Positions 26,317 through 33,052 of a DNA stretch of 42,390 bases are shown here, piece after piece. This DNA is from Poseidonia sp. (lineage in GTDB: Archaea > Thermoplasmatota > Poseidoniia > Poseidoniales > Poseidoniaceae), in assembly GCA_023254355.1 (NCBI GenBank), contig JALRLR010000002.1, positions 1 through 42,390 of the forward strand. Direction: 5' to 3'. Within the stretch, counting starts at the first letter, position 1. Each line of letters opens with the position of its first letter. Position numbers and translations under genes: made by a program. A model generated the notes under the pieces. That model had not been told where the DNA came from. It searched no databases and saw only the letters and a program-made list of their open reading frames with translations.

Positions 26317-28170
26317 ATGCCAGTCCATCGTGCAAACCCTGCCACTGACCGAGTGGGGCCATACAACCGACTGTCAGCAAGTCAGGCGAACACCTACAAT
26401 GCTTGCCCACGGCTTTGGTACTACCAACGCGTGTACCGATTCAAAATGCCTCAAATCCCGGTGCTGTTCGTTGGTCGGGCGGTCGAGGAGGCGTTGTGCC
26501 GGGTCTTGCGTGATTCGCCTTCTCTGGTTGTCGGAACGGCACCGGCTGATGTTCTCGGACCAAGTCCATACACCGAAGACGGCGTTCCGGTCCCCAGGGA
26601 TGAGGCCACATGGCCAGCCCATGCCCTGATGCCGTTGTTTCCGCATGAGCGGCCCGATTCCTTGGAGTCGCTGGAAGCTTGGGCCTTTGAGCGCTGCGCC
26701 GTCCACCTCCCGCCATCGCTTGAACGTGCCAAAGAGGTATGGCAGAACGATGAGCGTCGTGCCGGGGATTGGGATGAAGTCGACCCCGAAGCCTGTTTGG
26801 CGATGGTCAAGGCTGGCGTGCGTTTCCATCTCGCCGAGGTTGAACGATGCTTTGGCAACGGAGGGGGGCCCTTCTTGGAGTCATGGCGCCTTGGGGAGCG
26901 TCCTGCTCACCCTTCGCCCGATGGATTTCCGTTTGAGCCGTTCACCTCCCGCCATCCGTTGGCTGCCGATGGAGACGTGACGTGGTTTGAGGCATGGGAA
27001 CTCGCTCGTCCGTGGTTTGTTGACCCCGACGCCCCCGGGTTCACCATGAACGCCATTCACCCCGAACATTGGTTTCAAGGTGAATACGATTTGGTGTATC
27101 GTTGGTCTGGAAAGACGGTGATTGTCGACATCAAAGCCAGTCTCGGAGCGAACGACCGTTCGGGCGATTACGTGACACAAATGAAAGATTATGCCATGCT
27201 TTGGTACGTGACCCACGGACGAAACGAAACGGTTGACGGTTTGGAAATTTGGTACCTCAAACACCCCAGCATCAAGCATGTAGAGGTCCCCACCACGGAT
27301 GAGTTGTTGGCCATTGAAGCCGAGCTGGAATCGATGTGGCAACGTCTTCGTGCCTCAACCCCTTCATTGGAGGCCTGCCCTCCTCAACCCGCACCCATGA
27401 GAGGCTTTGCGCCCGGCGGTGTTGCCACCGAGGCCCCCGAGCAAACGCGTTGCTCCGTCTGTGATTGGCAGGCCATCTGTCCCGGTGGAAACGGTCCAGA
27501 ACGTGTGAACCTTCCAACCACCTACCAACTTCCAGGCTCGCTTCAATCCATGTCCATCGAGCCCATTGGGCCGTTGAATCCACGCATCACGGTTCGCGGC
27601 GAACTGTTCAGCGTGGGACGGGCCTCGGGCAATCGACCTCAAACGATGACGCTTCACCAAGGTCCTCACGCAGCTCAGATTCAAGTGGTGGCCACGAACG
27701 ACAGCGATGGGAGTCCAACCGTGACCGTCGCGCCGGTCAAGGGTCAAGCCGTGTTGGTCCGAGATGCGGTGTTCACCGTGAATTGGAAAGGAGAAATCGT
27801 GTTGAAAATTGACCCGATGGCTCGGGTTGAAGCGGATCAAGGCCCCCACCCGCCCTCAAGCAGTTTGTTTGACGTGCCTGCCAAACACAACATCGGTGGC
27901 ATGGTGATTTACACCTACGAAAAGAACGGGGTCGGAAAAACCGGCAAACGCTGGTCGCGCAAAGGCATGATGATCATGGATTCATCCGGGGCCACGAAAG
28001 TCGAAGGTTGGGCTGATGATTGGAATCCACAGTACGATTTGGCTGAAGTGGGCGACGTGGTCGTCCTCGCCAACGTCGGTTTGGACGCATGGGCAAGCGA
28101 GGTCCGTGCTGATTATACCCGAAATTCAACGCTGCAAATTGTCGCCCGGGTTGATCGGTCAACCGCCTGA
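26317..28170 (+). CDS. Cas4/Exo5/AddB-like Fe-S PD-(D/E)XK nuclease domain fused to two putative OB folds (paralog B)
   Basis: Collinear with paralog A. 'LSASQANTYNACPRLW', 'GEYDLVYRW..TVIVDIKAS' and 'QMKDYAMLW'. Canonical 'CSVCDWQAIC' (C-x2-C-x5-C). C-terminal OB-like segments 'ITVRGELFSVGRASG..' and 'IGGMVIYTYEKNGVGKTGKRWSRKGMMIMDSSGATKVEGW..VGDVVVLANVGLDAW'. Starts 32 nt after paralog A. Confidence 0.7.
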   Translation: MPVHRANPATDRVGPYNRLSASQANTYNACPRLWYYQRVYRFKMPQIPVLFVGRAVEEALCRVLRDSPSLVVGTAPADVLGPSPYTEDGVPVPRDEATWPAHALMPLFPHERPDSLESLEAWAFERCAVHLPPSLERAKEVWQNDERRAGDWDEVDPEACLAMVKAGVRFHLAEVERCFGNGGGPFLESWRLGERPAHPSPDGFPFEPFTSRHPLAADGDVTWFEAWELARPWFVDPDAPGFTMNAIHPEHWFQGEYDLVYRWSGKTVIVDIKASLGANDRSGDYVTQMKDYAMLWYVTHGRNETVDGLEIWYLKHPSIKHVEVPTTDELLAIEAELESMWQRLRASTPSLEACPPQPAPMRGFAPGGVATEAPEQTRCSVCDWQAICPGGNGPERVNLPTTYQLPGSLQSMSIEPIGPLNPRITVRGELFSVGRASGNRPQTMTLHQGPHAAQIQVVATNDSDGSPTVTVAPVKGQAVLVRDAVFTVNWKGEIVLKIDPMARVEADQGPHPPSSSLFDVPAKHNIGGMVIYTYEKNGVGKTGKRWSRKGMMIMDSSGATKVEGWADDWNPQYDLAEVGDVVVLANVGLDAWASEVRADYTRNSTLQIVARVDRSTA

Positions 28171-28359
28171 TGAGATGGTGGTCACCAACAATTCAACCGA
28201 AGCGGTGAGCGGCGTGGCGTGGGGCAGCACCGTGCCTTCGAAGCTGACGATGACCATTGACGGTAGCCAGGGCGTACCTTGGAGGGCTTCTCGGACGGTG
28301 GTCCCGGGCTCAACCGAGACGGTGTGTTCGCCTTCTCTTCCATGGAAGCGTATGTCCAT
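28159..28359 (-). CDS. Small beta-grasp ubiquitin-like protein (ThiS/MoaD/SAMP-like) ending in Gly-Gly
   Basis: The internal ATG (plus-strand CAT at 28357-28359) of ORF 28159..28482 gives 66 aa: 'MDIRFHGREGEHTVSVEPGTTVREALQGTPWLPSMVIVSFEGTVLPHATPLTASVELLVTTISSGG*'. Length, the 'pGtTVreaL' segment and the terminal GG fit ThiS/MoaD-type proteins. The longer ORF version would run through the tRNA gene. Confidence 0.5.
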   Translation of the reverse strand: MDIRFHGREGEHTVSVEPGTTVREALQGTPWLPSMVIVSFEGTVLPHATPLTASVELLVTTISSGG

Positions 28360-28414
28360 GGCACATCTGTGGAGCATCATGCTTATGACCGTCGCGCAAA
28401 AGCGCCATGGCAGA

Positions 28415-28497
28415 GCCGAGGTCGCATAGCCCGGTATTGCGGTGGATTCGAAATCCACTGTCCCTTGGACGCGGGGGTTCAAATCCCTCTCTCGGCG
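28415..28497 (+). tRNA. tRNA-Ser(CGA): tRNA-Ser (anticodon CGA), class II with long variable arm, no encoded CCA
   Basis: Hand-folded. Acceptor GCCGAGG/TCTCGGC (one G-U pair). Anticodon stem GTGGA/TCCAC with loop TTCGAAA. 14-nt variable arm TGTCCCTTGGACGC. T arm GGGGG-TTCAAAT-CCCTC. Discriminator G. Confidence 0.85.
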
Positions 28498-28500
28498 CTC

Positions 28501-28980
28501 TCAACGGACCCAGGTGGTTTGAACAATCTCGCCGTCAAAGTCCCTCTTCGTTGTGGGGTGCCACCCCTCGGGGAGGTCGGCCCCCAGCGTGCCAAACAAA
28601 GGGATGCCGTTGGTGAGCGTCACTGGAATTTTGGTGATGACGATGGTGTCGATGAGCCCCGCTTCAAGGAGACTTGCGTTGAGGTGACCTCCGCCAAGCA
28701 ACCAAATGACGCCTCCTGGTTTATTTTTCAGGGAATGGACCAGGTCCTCTGCACGGCCCGATTGGCGTGAGCACACGTGGCGGTCGTACGCTTCAAAGGG
28801 GTTCTCTTCGAGCGTTTGAGCAACCTCCCAGGTTCGTCGTCCCATCACCACGCAATCCACCGTTCTCATGAAGGCCTTCATCCCGAAATCTTCCACTTCG
28901 TTCGGTTGAGGAAGCCAGTCCAATCCATCGTCCTCGGTGGCGATGAATCCGTCTTCGCTGGTGGCGATGTGCAACACCAT
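28501..28980 (-). CDS. Dihydrofolate-reductase-like / RibD C-terminal domain family protein
   Basis: 'MVLHIATSEDGFIATEDDGLDWL', 'VVMGRRTWE' and 'VIWLLGGGHLNASLLEAGLIDTIVITKIPVTLTNGIPLF' fit the DHFR-fold deaminase-reductase family. I prefer ATG 28980 over the TTG at 28998. Confidence 0.65.
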   Translation of the reverse strand: MVLHIATSEDGFIATEDDGLDWLPQPNEVEDFGMKAFMRTVDCVVMGRRTWEVAQTLEENPFEAYDRHVCSRQSGRAEDLVHSLKNKPGGVIWLLGGGHLNASLLEAGLIDTIVITKIPVTLTNGIPLFGTLGADLPEGWHPTTKRDFDGEIVQTTWVR

Positions 28981-29007
28981 TGGTCGCTGGGAGGTCAAAG
29001 CACCAAC

Positions 29008-29763
29008 TCACATATAGAACGCGTCATGGCTCGCTGTTAACTCCTTCACGAGGTCTTCGTTTGACACCGGCGCCCGCTTCCTCAATTCTTCCTTGAGCCA
29101 TTCGCCTCCACCGGTTGGAATCTGCAAACCCAACGAGAACCAGCGCTCCAAGTGTTCCACCACCCGCTGGGAGGCCAAGGTGTCTTGGCTGCTACCAAGG
29201 GTGGTGGCAATGATGCAAGCCGAGTTCATGTTGTACAGTGGACCGCTCGAGGCCATTAAGGCGGAGAGGCCAACGACGCCTCGCTTTGGCTCGTCTCGAC
29301 GGACATCAACGCCCAAGGATTCCAGGTCGATTCGGAACGAGGCCGAACTGGCGACGGCGAACACTTCCTTTTGCTCGGGAGGAGCGGTTAGCCCGGCAAG
29401 GACCAACAACGTTTCAGCGCCGTGTTTTTCAAAAAATTCGAGAAGTTGCCGAGCGATGATGGACTGGTGAGAAGGCTCGGGAGGCTGATTGATTCCGGTC
29501 AGGGTGAGCAGGGTCTGGCCGGTGGTCGTTTCCGAAATGGAGAGCGAGAAATGCGGTGGCGCAAGCAACCCGTCCTCGTCCAGAAGGGCGAGAGGCGGGA
29601 GGCCATCGGGGTGGAGGCGTGCCAGTTCCGTGGTGTGGTGGAGTTCTCGGATGCTTTCCACGGCGACCTTGCCGATGTTCCCCACTCCGGGGAAGGCGAT
29701 CAGCACGGTGGCCGCCTCGGGGAGTTGTTGGAGGCCTGTTCTCCATTCAACACGAAACGTCAT
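29008..29763 (-). CDS. PAC2-family (proteasome assembly chaperone-like) protein
   Basis: The N-terminal 'ATVLIAFPGVGNIGKVAVESIRE' and the overall ~250 aa layout resemble archaeal PAC2/PbaA-B family proteins. By-eye call. Confidence 0.55.
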   Translation of the reverse strand: MTFRVEWRTGLQQLPEAATVLIAFPGVGNIGKVAVESIRELHHTTELARLHPDGLPPLALLDEDGLLAPPHFSLSISETTTGQTLLTLTGINQPPEPSHQSIIARQLLEFFEKHGAETLLVLAGLTAPPEQKEVFAVASSASFRIDLESLGVDVRRDEPKRGVVGLSALMASSGPLYNMNSACIIATTLGSSQDTLASQRVVEHLERWFSLGLQIPTGGGEWLKEELRKRAPVSNEDLVKELTASHDAFYM

Positions 29764-29788
29764 GAAGTCCGCATCCCGGCGACACGCG

Positions 29789-29796
29789 CTATAATG
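29789..29796 (-). promoter_or_regulatory. TATA-like element (CTATAATG on plus strand) upstream of the PAC2-family gene
   Basis: Lies 26-33 nt upstream of ATG 29763, consistent with a leaderless or short-leader archaeal transcript. Confidence 0.3.
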
Positions 29797-29851
29797 TTTG
29801 ATGCTCCCGTGCCCCTGCGGGCAAGGTTTGCGGCCCTCTCGTTGAGAGCGG

Positions 29852-30088
29852 TCACTCTTCTTCGCCGTCGCCCGACATCATCTCGTTGAGGGTTGGCAAG
29901 GTTGGTAGGGTTGAGGCCCAACCGGGCTCCTCAACGCCGTTCATCTTGCGACGAAGCGCTGCACGATGGTCTTCGGGAGACCACTTCAACGGGGCAGCGG
30001 CTTGGGCCACCGCTCCACACGCCGGGCAGGTGGTCTTGAGCGAGAATGCCTTGCAGGAGAGGCATTGTTGCATGCGTTGGCGGGCCAT
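29852..30088 (-). CDS. nop10: H/ACA RNP protein Nop10 with an unusual acidic C-terminal extension
   Basis: Zinc ribbon 'CLSCKAFSLKTTCPACG' followed by 'PLKWSPEDHRAALRRKM', as in Nop10. It sits directly downstream of aIF2-alpha, as in the conserved archaeal operon. The start is ATG 30088 or 30073. Confidence 0.75.
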   Translation of the reverse strand: MARQRMQQCLSCKAFSLKTTCPACGAVAQAAAPLKWSPEDHRAALRRKMNGVEEPGWASTLPTLPTLNEMMSGDGEEE

Positions 30089-30092
30089 GCCA

Positions 30093-30881
30093 TCACTCTC
30101 GCATGGCCGTGGCCTCGCCACCCGCACCTTTCATGTGATCAAGGACAGCTTTCGTTGCCCGCTCCCACATCGATTCTGCGACCTTGAAATCGGGCGCTTT
30201 CAATTCAAGCCTGTACTGAGGAGCGCCGTCGTAATAGCACTTGACGTCGATCTCCTCCGCTTCGTTGGTCAGGGCTTCGGCCGCTTCAAGGGCTTCCTGG
30301 ATGATGGTGACGCCGTTGGTGTTGTTGATGCTCAAACGAAGGGTTCCACGGACTTCAACAAAGGGAGGAATGATGTTTTCCATCGCCAGTTCAACAAAGG
30401 CTGACAACCATTCCCCTTCGAATCCAGCGTTTTCAAGAGCGGCTTCTTGCATCGCGGCTTCTTCGAACGCCGTGTACAACGTTCCGAACGCTTCAACCAA
30501 CTCTTGACCACGTTCCGCAACGACGGCCTCGCTCCATTCGAGTTTCTCGCCTAACACCTTGAGCAGTTGATGGGCTCGTTGTTCGTTCTTCCATTCCTGA
30601 AGGCGGTCTCGTCGGCGTTCTTCGGAGACCGATTTGAGCGACAGTTCGAGGGAGGTGCCGTCCCGCCGGGTTTTCATCACTTTGCAAATCACTCGCTGCC
30701 CTTCTCGAACGAAGGCACGAATGTTTTTGACCCAACCCGAGGCGATTTCGCCGATGAAAATGAACCCCTCAATGCCGGGGTACTCGTCAAGCGAAACGTA
30801 AGCGCCGTTCTGTTTGACGTTGGTGATGCTGGCCACGACGAGTTCGCCTTCTTCTGGAGTGGCGATGGCGTCGTTGGACAT
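30093..30881 (-). CDS. eif2a: Translation initiation factor aIF2 alpha subunit
   Basis: N-terminal S1 domain 'GELVVASITNVKQNGAYVSLDEYPGIEGFIFIGEIASGWVKNIR', then helical and alpha-beta domains. GGAGG SD immediately after the S27e stop. Confidence 0.9.
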   Translation of the reverse strand: MSNDAIATPEEGELVVASITNVKQNGAYVSLDEYPGIEGFIFIGEIASGWVKNIRAFVREGQRVICKVMKTRRDGTSLELSLKSVSEERRRDRLQEWKNEQRAHQLLKVLGEKLEWSEAVVAERGQELVEAFGTLYTAFEEAAMQEAALENAGFEGEWLSAFVELAMENIIPPFVEVRGTLRLSINNTNGVTIIQEALEAAEALTNEAEEIDVKCYYDGAPQYRLELKAPDFKVAESMWERATKAVLDHMKGAGGEATAMRE

Positions 30882-30896
30882 GGAGGCTCAGCCTCC

Positions 30897-31067
30897 TCAT
30901 TCCAGCGTTTCCACGACGGTGCATCCGACGAGTTGAGCTTTCCCGCCAGCCGGCTTGGTCAGCGTGGCGCTGCACACATCGCAGGCGATGGCGGTGGTGG
31001 CCCGTGAGAAGATCGTGGATTCATTACCGCAATCGCGGCAGCTGACTTTCAAAAATTGGCTGGCCAT
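30897..31067 (-). CDS. rps27e: 30S ribosomal protein S27e
   Basis: 'FLKVSCRDCGNESTIFSRATTAIACDVCSATLTKPAGGKA' is the C4 zinc-ribbon S27e signature. ATG 31067 is preceded by GAGGTG, which overlaps the L44e stop. Confidence 0.9.
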   Translation of the reverse strand: MASQFLKVSCRDCGNESTIFSRATTAIACDVCSATLTKPAGGKAQLVGCTVVETLE

Positions 31068-31077
31068 GTAAAACACC

Positions 31078-31362
31078 TCAACGGTCAATGAGTTCGAATT
31101 TCTTTGCACGCTGGCAAGGGGCGTAGTGGGCCTTGCCCGTTTCCGTGCAGCGGTAGAGGATGTTCACACGCTTGGTTGGTTTTTCTCGGCCATCGGGTTT
31201 GGGACGAGGGAAACCGCGGTACCCCGCCATCACACGTCGGAATCGGCGTTGACCCCAGCGGAGTTCAGACGCTCGCTTCTTTTTCACACGCTCGACGGTG
31301 TGGAGCGTGTGCTTGCCAGCCGAAGGGCTGTAACGCTTGACTTGACGGGGTCGCTTCACCAT
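31078..31362 (-). CDS. rpl44e: 50S ribosomal protein L44e
   Basis: The sequence 'MVKRPRQVKRYSPSAGKHTLHTVERVKKKRASELRWGQRRFRR..GYRGFPRPKP' is typical of L44e (eL42). I place the start at ATG 31362. The longer ORF-track version is an upstream read-through. Confidence 0.9.
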   Translation of the reverse strand: MVKRPRQVKRYSPSAGKHTLHTVERVKKKRASELRWGQRRFRRVMAGYRGFPRPKPDGREKPTKRVNILYRCTETGKAHYAPCQRAKKFELIDR

Positions 31363-31396
31363 GTGAACACCTAAGCGTTCAGCCCACAGAGGTCGG

Positions 31397-31405
31397 GTAT
31401 TTATG
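31397..31405 (-). promoter_or_regulatory. TATA-like element (minus strand CATAAATAC) upstream of the rpl44e-rps27e-eif2a-nop10 operon
   Basis: Lies 35-43 nt upstream of ATG 31362. Confidence 0.35.
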
Positions 31406-31462
31406 CCCTCCGACACACGAATTGCCATCAATCGGAGGACTGCGCAGAACTCCACGGGATTC

Positions 31463-31470
31463 TCTATAAA
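31463..31470 (+). promoter_or_regulatory. TATA box (TCTATAAA) upstream of the membrane-protein pair
   Basis: It ends 22 nt before ATG 31492, implying a leaderless mRNA. Confidence 0.4.
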
Positions 31471-31491
31471 TCTCTCTTCTCTGCAAGGGGC

Positions 31492-32286
31492 ATGGAAGAG
31501 GCGATGCAGGCCTTCGTTTTCTTCTGGTTGGCCGGATTGCTGCTGGTGTTGGGCACCCTTCTCGCCTTCTTCTCGAAGCAAAAGGCCCCTCGGCAAGTGG
31601 GCTTTGCGGCGGCCTTGGTTGGCTTCTTGTCGCTCCTTGCCACGCCTTGGACCCTTTCGTTTTCGCCATCAAGTGCCTTTGGTCATCTGCTGGGGAGTGT
31701 GTTGGGGCCCAGCGTCTTGTTAGCCGTCGGGTTCTATCAAATCGCCTTCTCTGGCCATGTGCCTGTAGGGCGGCTTTCGAAACAAGACCGAGTGCTTGGC
31801 GTGGCGATGGTGGTGGTTGGCGTTGTGTGGTTTGAAGCCATGCACTGGTGGACGCTGACCCCTACCTATCCTTCGGACGTGAATCCGTATTGGCTGATCT
31901 TCTGGCCCACCATGCTCCTGTTTGGCTTCGCCACCGCCACGGGAGCCTACGCCTTTGTTGGTGTTGCGGGGGACAATCGCCTCCGTGAACAGCGATTGAT
32001 GATGGTCGTGAGCGTCTTCTTCCTCGCCCTCATGGTCTTGGGAGCAACCTCGGACGGCCCCCATGTTGACCGAGAACGTTTCATCACCGAGTTGTTGCTC
32101 GCCGCATCCGATTTGTTCGGTGTGCTGGTGGGCGCTGCGGCCGCCGTTCTCTTGTTTTTCCTCGTCGTGATGCTTTACGAGCGGCAGCAGCCCGAACCGG
32201 CCACCTTGCCTCCGCCAACAAACGAGCAACTCGACCAGGCTTCGGCGGTGGTGGCCCACCATCTTGGAGGAGGTGAGGAAGAGTGA
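31492..32286 (+). CDS. Hypothetical polytopic membrane protein (about 7 hydrophobic helices, acidic tail)
   Basis: Repeated hydrophobic stretches ('FVFFWLAGLLLVLGTLLAFF', 'LGVAMVVVGVVWF', 'LMMVVSVFFLALMVLG', 'VLVGAAAAVLLFFLVVML'). ATG 31492 lies 22 nt after a TCTATAAA box. No family recognised. Confidence 0.5.
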   Translation: MEEAMQAFVFFWLAGLLLVLGTLLAFFSKQKAPRQVGFAAALVGFLSLLATPWTLSFSPSSAFGHLLGSVLGPSVLLAVGFYQIAFSGHVPVGRLSKQDRVLGVAMVVVGVVWFEAMHWWTLTPTYPSDVNPYWLIFWPTMLLFGFATATGAYAFVGVAGDNRLREQRLMMVVSVFFLALMVLGATSDGPHVDRERFITELLLAASDLFGVLVGAAAAVLLFFLVVMLYERQQPEPATLPPPTNEQLDQASAVVAHHLGGGEEE

Positions 32287-32744
32287 AGGATTCGTCACCC
32301 GCTCGAACCTTGGTACGCCTCTCGCTCTGGTCGGTCTTGCCAAGTGCGTTGTTGGTCTTGGCAATTTGGTGGGTGTCGGATCCATCCATCGAGGAGGCGC
32401 TCGTCCGATTCGTCAACGCCATGTTGACCTCGTTCACGTTGATTTCGTTCATGTTGCTGGTGGTCTTGTTCACCTACGGCGACGCACGAAAGCGGCCATT
32501 GGCGCCTATCGTGGGCATGTTCTTGCTCGTGTCGATCAGCGTCGGTTTGACGTTGTTCTTCCTGTCCCAAGGCGATTTCTTGATGGAAGCCAACGCTTCG
32601 GTTCGGGCTCAATACCTCTCCAACATCATTCGATTCGGGACCACGGTTGCGGCCGCTTCGGTAAGCTTGGTCGTGGTTGGGGGGACGCTTCTGGCTTCCC
32701 TGCTCAACACCCCGCCAAAGGTCATTCGGTTCGAAGAAGAGTGA
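32283..32744 (+). CDS. Hypothetical membrane protein (about 4 helices, acidic tail)
   Basis: The GTG start overlaps the previous stop (GTGA). Hydrophobic helices 'LSLWSVLPSALLVLAIWW', 'SFTLISFMLLVVLF', 'IVGMFLLVSISVGLTLFF' and 'AAASVSLVVVGGTLLASL'. Confidence 0.45.
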   Translation: MKDSSPARTLVRLSLWSVLPSALLVLAIWWVSDPSIEEALVRFVNAMLTSFTLISFMLLVVLFTYGDARKRPLAPIVGMFLLVSISVGLTLFFLSQGDFLMEANASVRAQYLSNIIRFGTTVAAASVSLVVVGGTLLASLLNTPPKVIRFEEE

Positions 32745-32774
32745 CCTTACACCGCCCGATGCCGTGCCGTTGAT

Positions 32775-32782
32775 TTCATAAG
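32775..32782 (+). promoter_or_regulatory. TATA-like element (TCATAAGG-type) upstream of rpl37e
   Basis: Lies about 36 nt upstream of ATG 32818. The same TCATAAGG core occurs at 41450-41457, and TCATAAAG at 22031-22038. Confidence 0.35.
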
Positions 32783-32817
32783 GGGGAGGTCGGTGGGCAA
32801 GTCGTTCAGGTGAGCGC

Positions 32818-32997
32818 ATGTCCAAAGGTACACCGTCCATGGGCCGTCGTCAAAAGACCACTCACATCCGCTGTCGCCGTTGCGGCCGCAACGCTTACCA
32901 CAAGCAAAAGTCGGTTTGTGCTTCTTGCGGATACGGCGAGACCTCGCGCATGCGCAAGTTCAACTGGTCGAAGAAGACCCACCGTCCCAAGGCTTGA
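32818..32997 (+). CDS. rpl37e: 50S ribosomal protein L37e (59 aa; absent from the supplied ORF track)
   Basis: Hand translation gives '[59 protein letters not shown]'. This has the canonical L37e N-terminus and C4 zinc finger. A TCATAAGG box lies about 36 nt upstream. Confidence 0.9.
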   Translation: MSKGTPSMGRRQKTTHIRCRRCGRNAYHKQKSVCASCGYGETSRMRKFNWSKKTHRPKA

Positions 32998-33052
32998 TGT
33001 TCCATCGTAACGATAAGAAGCATTCGTCGTATGGTGGAAACGAGGCGAACGC

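Noticed and set aside
28159-28482. Full-length 107-aa version of the minus-strand ORF next to nuclease B
   Set aside because: Its first ~22 codons would be encoded antisense through the tRNA-Ser gene (28415-28497). Only the 66-aa internal-start version is plausible.
28360-28500. tRNA-Ser as a possible integration site, making the nuclease pair part of an integrated element
   Set aside because: I could not find a direct repeat of the tRNA 3' half elsewhere in the window. There is no integrase gene, and no compositional shift across 24.5-28.5 kb. A computational repeat search would be needed to exclude it fully.
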